Positions 6,061 to 11,968 of a DNA stretch of 11,968 nt are shown here, in pieces (within the stretch, counting starts at the first letter, position 1; each line of letters starts with the position of its first letter). The notes beneath the pieces were generated by a model that was given only the letters and a program-made list of their open reading frames with translations, was not told where the DNA came from and did not search any database. Source of the stretch: Candidatus Eiseniibacteriota bacterium (GTDB lineage Bacteria > Eisenbacteria > RBG-16-71-46). The DNA lies in NCBI GenBank assembly GCA_031364845.1, contig JANLWX010000124.1:1-11968 (forward strand), read 5' to 3'. Position numbers and translations under genes: made by a program.

Positions 6061-8261
6061 TGAGAGGTCGCGAGGACGGTTCCGAAGCCGGCGCGCTCGC
6101 GGATTCGCCGGGATCCCGTCCGTCTGCGGGATTCGCGAGCACTCCGTCCGCGCGTGCCGCCATTGCGATCGCGGTGTGGACGCTCGCGACGCTGGCGGTG
6201 ACGATCGTCGCGCATCCAACACCGCTCTATCTGGTCGAGACCGACCTGATCGGCGAGTACGTGCCCGCGGCGCGCGAGCTTCTGAGCGGCCGGCTCACGG
6301 CCACGCATTACACCTATAAGGGACCCGGCTATCCGGCGCTGCTCGCGCTCGCGATGGCGACGGTCGGCGGGGACGGCTTCCTCGCGGCGCGCATCCTCGG
6401 TGTGCTCGCGGCGGCACTCGCGGCGTGGCTCGGTTTCGTGCTGATCGAGCGTCGCTCCGGCGCGCGCGTCGCCGGTTTAGCACTCGCGGTGCTGCTGCTC
6501 GCGCCGGCGTTCGTGCGCTATGCGATTGAAGCCGGCACCGACATGCCCGCCCTTGCTTTGATGCTCGCTGCGACGCTGCTGGCGCTCGACGCGAAACGCG
6601 CGGGCATTGCCGCGTGGGCCGGTGCCGTCGCGGGCTTCGCGATCCTCACGCGCGGCAACGCGGTGTTCCTGGTGCCGGCGGCCGCATGCGCGTTGATGGC
6701 GAATGCCCATCGTGCGCGGCTGCTGACCGCCTATGGAGCCGGAGTCGCGGCGCCGATCGCGGTGTGGATGCTCGCGTGCGCAGGGGCGGGCGTGAGCATC
6801 CACGATCGCAACTACCTCAACATCGCCTACGAACTCTATGGCCGCGACCTTTCGTGGGGCGACTTCGAAACGACGATCGGCGCGCGCTTCGGTTCGTTGC
6901 TCCAGGTGATCGCCTACGATCCGCCCCACGCCGCGGGCCGGATCGCCGCCAACCTGTTCGAGCACCGCATCCGCGACGCGCGGGAGCTGGTGCCGGTGTG
7001 GCTCGGCGTGCTGACGGTGCCGGGCTTCGTGCTGCTCGCGCGCGAACGCGCATGGCGCATGGCGCTCGTGCCCGCCGCACTGTGCGCGCTCGCACTCGCG
7101 ACGGTGTTCTACAACCCGCGCTTTGCGCTCTATCTGTTGCCGTTCCATGCCGCGGCCGCCGCACTCATGATGGTGCGCAGCGGCGAGTGGGCGGCGCGCC
7201 GCATGCCGCGCTTCGCGATCGCACCTCGCGCGGCCGCCGCCGTGCTGTTGTCGGCTTCGGCTCTGAGTGCCGTGCTCGGCATCGCGGGTCCGCTCGCTTC
7301 CGCGCCTCACGAAGTGCGCCGCGCGGGCGCACTGCTCGCACGCCTTGGTGCCGCGGGCGACGGCGTGATGGCGCGCAAACCGCACGCGGCCCACTTCGCC
7401 GGCATGCGTTACGTGCCGATGCCCGAGACCGCATCGCTGTTCGAGATGATCCAGCAGGCGCGTGCCACGAACACGCAGTGGCTGTTCTTCTCCGCGTGCG
7501 AACGCGCGAACCGTCCGGAGTTCGCGGTGCTCGCCGATTCGGGAGTTCGTCTGGCCGGTCTCGATCCGGTCACATGGGACGCGGCACCGGGCCACGACTT
7601 CGCGCTCTACCGCATCACGCCGGAGCGAGCCGACTCGGCGGCGTTCGCGTCACAGCTCGCGCGGGTGACGCAGCGCTACGCCGACCGTCATCGTGACGAT
7701 CCCGAAGCGCTCCTGTTCGCGGCACTCCAGTGGAACGCGCTCGCGCGCCCCGAAGATGCGCTGCGATGTCTCGATCGATTGCGCCGGCACGGAGCGAACG
7801 ACGCGCGGATCGAGCAGGTGCGCGCCGACGCCTTCCTCACCCTCGGCCGGCTCGACTCGGCGGGGACCGCTCTGGTGCGCGCCCTCGCGCTCGCTCCGCC
7901 ATTGGCGACGCGCTGGGGCCGGCTCGGTGAGATCCGCGCGCGCGAAGGACGCTTCGCCGAAGCCCGCCGCTGTTTCCAGCAGGCCGTTGCGCTCGAGCCG
8001 GCGCAGGTCGCGTGGCTCGAATCGCTCGGACGCGTGCACCTCGAACTCGGCGAGCCGCGCGCAGCCGCGGCGGCGTTCGATCGCTGCGTGAGGCTCGCAC
8101 CTCGAAACGTGATGCTGCGGCGCTTTGCGATGGGTGCGTGGCAACTTGCGGGCGATGGCTCGCGGGTTGCCGCACTGCTCGATGAAGGCACGCGCCTTGG
8201 CGTCGATCGGCGCGCGTTGCTCGGCGCCGACACCGCCCCCGCCTCGACCGGCTCCCGCTAG
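6060..8261 (+). CDS. Second GT-C (ArnT/PMT_2-like) glycosyltransferase with C-terminal TPR repeats
   Basis: GTG overlaps the upstream TAG by 1 nt; ETD..EY acidic loop, KGPGYPALLA, AARIL, GTDMPAL, ILTRGNA, NPRFALYLLP; clear TPRs (WGRLGEIRAREGRFAEARRCFQQAVALEP, LESLGRVHLELGEPRAAAAAFDRCVRLAP). Confidence 0.85.
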   Translation: MRGREDGSEAGALADSPGSRPSAGFASTPSARAAIAIAVWTLATLAVTIVAHPTPLYLVETDLIGEYVPAARELLSGRLTATHYTYKGPGYPALLALAMATVGGDGFLAARILGVLAAALAAWLGFVLIERRSGARVAGLALAVLLLAPAFVRYAIEAGTDMPALALMLAATLLALDAKRAGIAAWAGAVAGFAILTRGNAVFLVPAAACALMANAHRARLLTAYGAGVAAPIAVWMLACAGAGVSIHDRNYLNIAYELYGRDLSWGDFETTIGARFGSLLQVIAYDPPHAAGRIAANLFEHRIRDARELVPVWLGVLTVPGFVLLARERAWRMALVPAALCALALATVFYNPRFALYLLPFHAAAAALMMVRSGEWAARRMPRFAIAPRAAAAVLLSASALSAVLGIAGPLASAPHEVRRAGALLARLGAAGDGVMARKPHAAHFAGMRYVPMPETASLFEMIQQARATNTQWLFFSACERANRPEFAVLADSGVRLAGLDPVTWDAAPGHDFALYRITPERADSAAFASQLARVTQRYADRHRDDPEALLFAALQWNALARPEDALRCLDRLRRHGANDARIEQVRADAFLTLGRLDSAGTALVRALALAPPLATRWGRLGEIRAREGRFAEARRCFQQAVALEPAQVAWLESLGRVHLELGEPRAAAAAFDRCVRLAPRNVMLRRFAMGAWQLAGDGSRVAALLDEGTRLGVDRRALLGADTAPASTGSR

Positions 8262-8497
8262 GCCCGCCCCGCCGGGGCGCCCGCAGGATCGCAGCCCGAC
8301 GGTTTGTCGAATCGTGGACGCCCGGGAGCACACCGGCTCTTGTTGCCCCGAGTCGATAACCGCTATCGTCGTTGTGACTCGCGCATACCGTGTTGAGACT
8401 CTCGGAAATGGCGGCGGCACCGCAGTGGCCTGCCTCCGCGCTGCCGCACGCATTCAACCCGCTCCCGCAACGATTCGCCGCCCAATCAAGGAACTTC

Positions 8498-9451
8498 GTG
8501 AACGCTCGAATCCATCGCGGTGTCCGCATGCTCGTGACCGTCGTGGCGTTGTGGTGCCTGCCGGCGTCGGCCGCTTCGCCCGCAGCGGAGTCCGCGCCGC
8601 TCGATTTCTCGAGATACCAGCAGCTGCTCGACGAATATCTCGTGGTCGTCTCGGCACCGGGCGCGCCGCTCGAAACGCGCTTCGACTACTTCAAGCTCTA
8701 CGATAATCCCGGAAAAGCCGAACGCCTGCTGTCGGTACGCGCCGCACTGCTCGGGGTGTCGCCCGCTGAACTCCAGCCGGCACCGCGCCGGGCGTGGGCG
8801 ATCAACACCTACAACTTCCTGGTCGTCGAACTCGCGACCACGAATCTGATCTCGCGACATGTGGGCGTGGATCTGAAGGCGCGCGGGGTCCTGGGGATCT
8901 CCCATCGCAGCGTGCGGCACATGCGGATCAAGGACCTCGGGTTCTTCGAAGTTCCGGTCGCGCGGATCGATGGGCGCGACTACAACCTCGATCAGTTCGA
9001 ACGCGCTTTCGTATTCGACACTCCCGATCCGCCCGCGGCCGGATCCAAGCCGAATGCGCCCGCGAAAACCCTCGACCCCCGCGCGCACTTTGCGCTCGTA
9101 TGCGGAGCGCTGGGTTGTCCGCCGCTTCAGCCGCGCGCGTTCACAGCCGACTCGCTCGATGCCCAGCTCGATCGCGCAACGCTCGGCGCGCTCACGAGCC
9201 CGAACCACCTGAGCTGGGATCCGATCCTCAAGCGCCTGGCCGCAAGCGCGGTCTTCTCGTGGTACGAGGCCGACTTCGGAGGACCGGCGAAGGCATTCGA
9301 GTTCGCGGCGCGCCACGCTCCGGAAGCTTTGCGCGCGGAGATCGCGGCCAAGCCGCAGCCTGGAATCGACCGCGTGCTGCCGTGGAACTGGGATCTGAAC
9401 ATGGTGCCTCGAAAGCCTCCGGTTCCGCGGCCGGCTCCGAAAGCGCCTTGA
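8498..9451 (+). CDS. Exported DUF547-domain protein
   Basis: AWAINTYN, DPRAHFALVCGALGCPPL, AFTADSLDAQL, SAVFSWYEADF and WDLN match DUF547 motifs; signal-like MLVTVVALWCLPASAA. Likely start is GTG 8498 after AAGGA (8488-8492), not 8390. Confidence 0.85.
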   Translation: MNARIHRGVRMLVTVVALWCLPASAASPAAESAPLDFSRYQQLLDEYLVVVSAPGAPLETRFDYFKLYDNPGKAERLLSVRAALLGVSPAELQPAPRRAWAINTYNFLVVELATTNLISRHVGVDLKARGVLGISHRSVRHMRIKDLGFFEVPVARIDGRDYNLDQFERAFVFDTPDPPAAGSKPNAPAKTLDPRAHFALVCGALGCPPLQPRAFTADSLDAQLDRATLGALTSPNHLSWDPILKRLAASAVFSWYEADFGGPAKAFEFAARHAPEALRAEIAAKPQPGIDRVLPWNWDLNMVPRKPPVPRPAPKAP

Positions 9452-9458
9452 TCCGCGC

Positions 9459-10946
9459 ATGAACGACCCCGGCGTGAATGGAGCCCAGAGCTCCCACGGC
9501 CTCTTCGACGTGGTCATCCTCGGCGGCGGCATCACGGGACTCGGCATCGCGCGGCTCGCCGCGCACAATGGAATCTCTGCGGTCGTGCTCGAGCGCGGGG
9601 ATCTCGCATCGGGCACCAGCAGTGCGAGCAGCCACATGCTGCACGGCGGGCTGCGCTATCTGGAGCACGCGCGCTTCTCGCTGGTGCGCGAGTCGCTCGA
9701 ACAGCGCGCCGAAGTGGGCCGCATGGCCCCGCGACTCGCCGAGCCGCGGCGGTTCCTGGTGCCGCTCTACCGCGGCGACCGCGTGGCGCCGTGGAAGCTG
9801 CGCGCCGGGCTCTCGCTCTACGACGCGTTCGCGGGGCGGAGCGCGTTCTCGCCGCACACGATGGTGCGCCGCGCCGAGGCGCTCGCCCTCGAGCCGGGGC
9901 TCGCACCCGAGGGACTCCGCGGCGCCGGAATCTATTCGGACGTGGTGATGGACGACGGGCGGCTCGCAGTCGCGGTCGCGCGCGATGCCGTGGCGCACGG
10001 CGCGCGCGTGCACACGTGGACCGAGGCGATCGGCGCGCGACCCGCGCCCGACGGCAGCTACGAGATCACCGCGCACGATGCGCTCGAAGGGCGTGCGCGC
10101 GTGGTGCGCGCCCGCACGATCGTGAATGCGACCGGACCGTGGACCGATGAAGTGCGCACGCGGCTGTTTCGCGCGCTGCGCCCGGGCCTGGGCGATCCCG
10201 CCCCACTGCTGCGCCCTTCGCGCGGAGTGCATCTGGTGTTCCCGCCGCTCACGCAGGGCCACGGGCTGCTGGTGCACGCGCGCCGCGACGGACGCGTGTT
10301 CTTCGTGGTGCCGTTCGCCGGACGCTCGCTGGTCGGCACCACCGAGGTCGAAGTCGCTTCGCCGCCGCCCGCATCGGCGTGGCGCGCAAGCGTCGAGGAG
10401 ATTCGGTATTTGCGCGACGAATTGCGCCGCGCGCTGCCCGGCGTCCAGCACCTGCCGCCGCTCGCGCTGCTCTCGGGGCTGCGGCCGTTGCTCGCCTCGG
10501 GCGGCGATGTCGGCCACGCATCACGCGAGCACCGCGTGGTCGAGGAGCACGGCGTGATCACGGTAGCGGGGGGCAAGTACACGACGTTCCGCCCGATCGC
10601 GCGCGACGTGCTGGCGGTGGTCGCCACGCGGCTCGGTCGCGCGGGCCTGCCGATCACCGACCCCGGTGAGCCGTTGCCGGCGCCACTCGCAGCGGGCGTG
10701 GATCTCGAGCAGGTCGCGACATTCGCGGTCGAGCACGAGTTCGCGCGGCGCCTCAGCGATGTCGTGCGCCGGCGCACGCTGCTGTGGCTCGAACCCGATC
10801 GCGGCCGCGCAGCCGCCGCCCGCATTGCGCACGGTATGGCGAAGGCGCTCGGCTGGAGTCCGGCGCGCGAGCGCGACGAGTTCCAGTCCTACGACGCATC
10901 GCTGTGGGAGGAAGAGGCGCTGTTGCAGCGCTCGGCCGCGGGCTGA
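9459..10946 (+). CDS. glpD: FAD-dependent glycerol-3-phosphate dehydrogenase/oxidase
   Basis: DVVILGGGITGLGIA (FAD binding), DLASGTSSASSHMLHGGLRYLE, DDGRL, VNATGPWTD, RGVHLV, DGRVFFVVP, VGTTE, SGLRPL, SREH, GGKYTTFR, DVVRRRT; adjacent to glycerol kinase. Confidence 0.93.
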   Translation: MNDPGVNGAQSSHGLFDVVILGGGITGLGIARLAAHNGISAVVLERGDLASGTSSASSHMLHGGLRYLEHARFSLVRESLEQRAEVGRMAPRLAEPRRFLVPLYRGDRVAPWKLRAGLSLYDAFAGRSAFSPHTMVRRAEALALEPGLAPEGLRGAGIYSDVVMDDGRLAVAVARDAVAHGARVHTWTEAIGARPAPDGSYEITAHDALEGRARVVRARTIVNATGPWTDEVRTRLFRALRPGLGDPAPLLRPSRGVHLVFPPLTQGHGLLVHARRDGRVFFVVPFAGRSLVGTTEVEVASPPPASAWRASVEEIRYLRDELRRALPGVQHLPPLALLSGLRPLLASGGDVGHASREHRVVEEHGVITVAGGKYTTFRPIARDVLAVVATRLGRAGLPITDPGEPLPAPLAAGVDLEQVATFAVEHEFARRLSDVVRRRTLLWLEPDRGRAAAARIAHGMAKALGWSPARERDEFQSYDASLWEEEALLQRSAAG

Positions 10947-11039
10947 GCGATGCACGACGGCGACTGCGCGCAGGCGCCCGGCGTTCCGCGAACGCGCGCA
11001 GCGCGGTGGAAACAGTCTCGACTCATGGAGGAGTAGGCG

Positions 11040-11968
<929 letters not shown>

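Noticed and set aside
8262..8497. Terminator (CGCCCC-GCC-GGGGCG, 8265-8279) or a structured RNA in the intergenic region
   Set aside because: Only short GC stems without a U tract and one imperfect GAGTC...GACTC repeat; too weak to call.

Overview
High-GC bacterial window, probably a whole small contig: it starts inside a mobile element and ends in a fold-back artefact. Left to right: (1) the first 138 nt of a group IIC-like intron on the minus strand, sitting 3 nt from a perfect 13-bp terminator-like hairpin; (2) an exported six-repeat NHL beta-propeller protein ending in a 'TTWGRIKNLYR' tail; (3) three minus-strand genes, in transcription order a membrane-anchored protein with an HxxKHGxEF toxin/RNase-like domain, a small acidic protein and an aldo/keto reductase; (4) two coupled GT-C (ArnT/PMT-like) glycosyltransferases with TPR-like tails; (5) a DUF547 protein, glpD and a truncated glpK whose last 98 nt are an inverted copy of upstream sequence. 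The best leads are the possible toxin-like/immunity-like pair, the C-terminal WGxIKxLYR motif, the hairpin-targeted intron with a GUACG start and the tandem GT-C/TPR module. All family assignments come from motifs recognised by eye; no searches were run.
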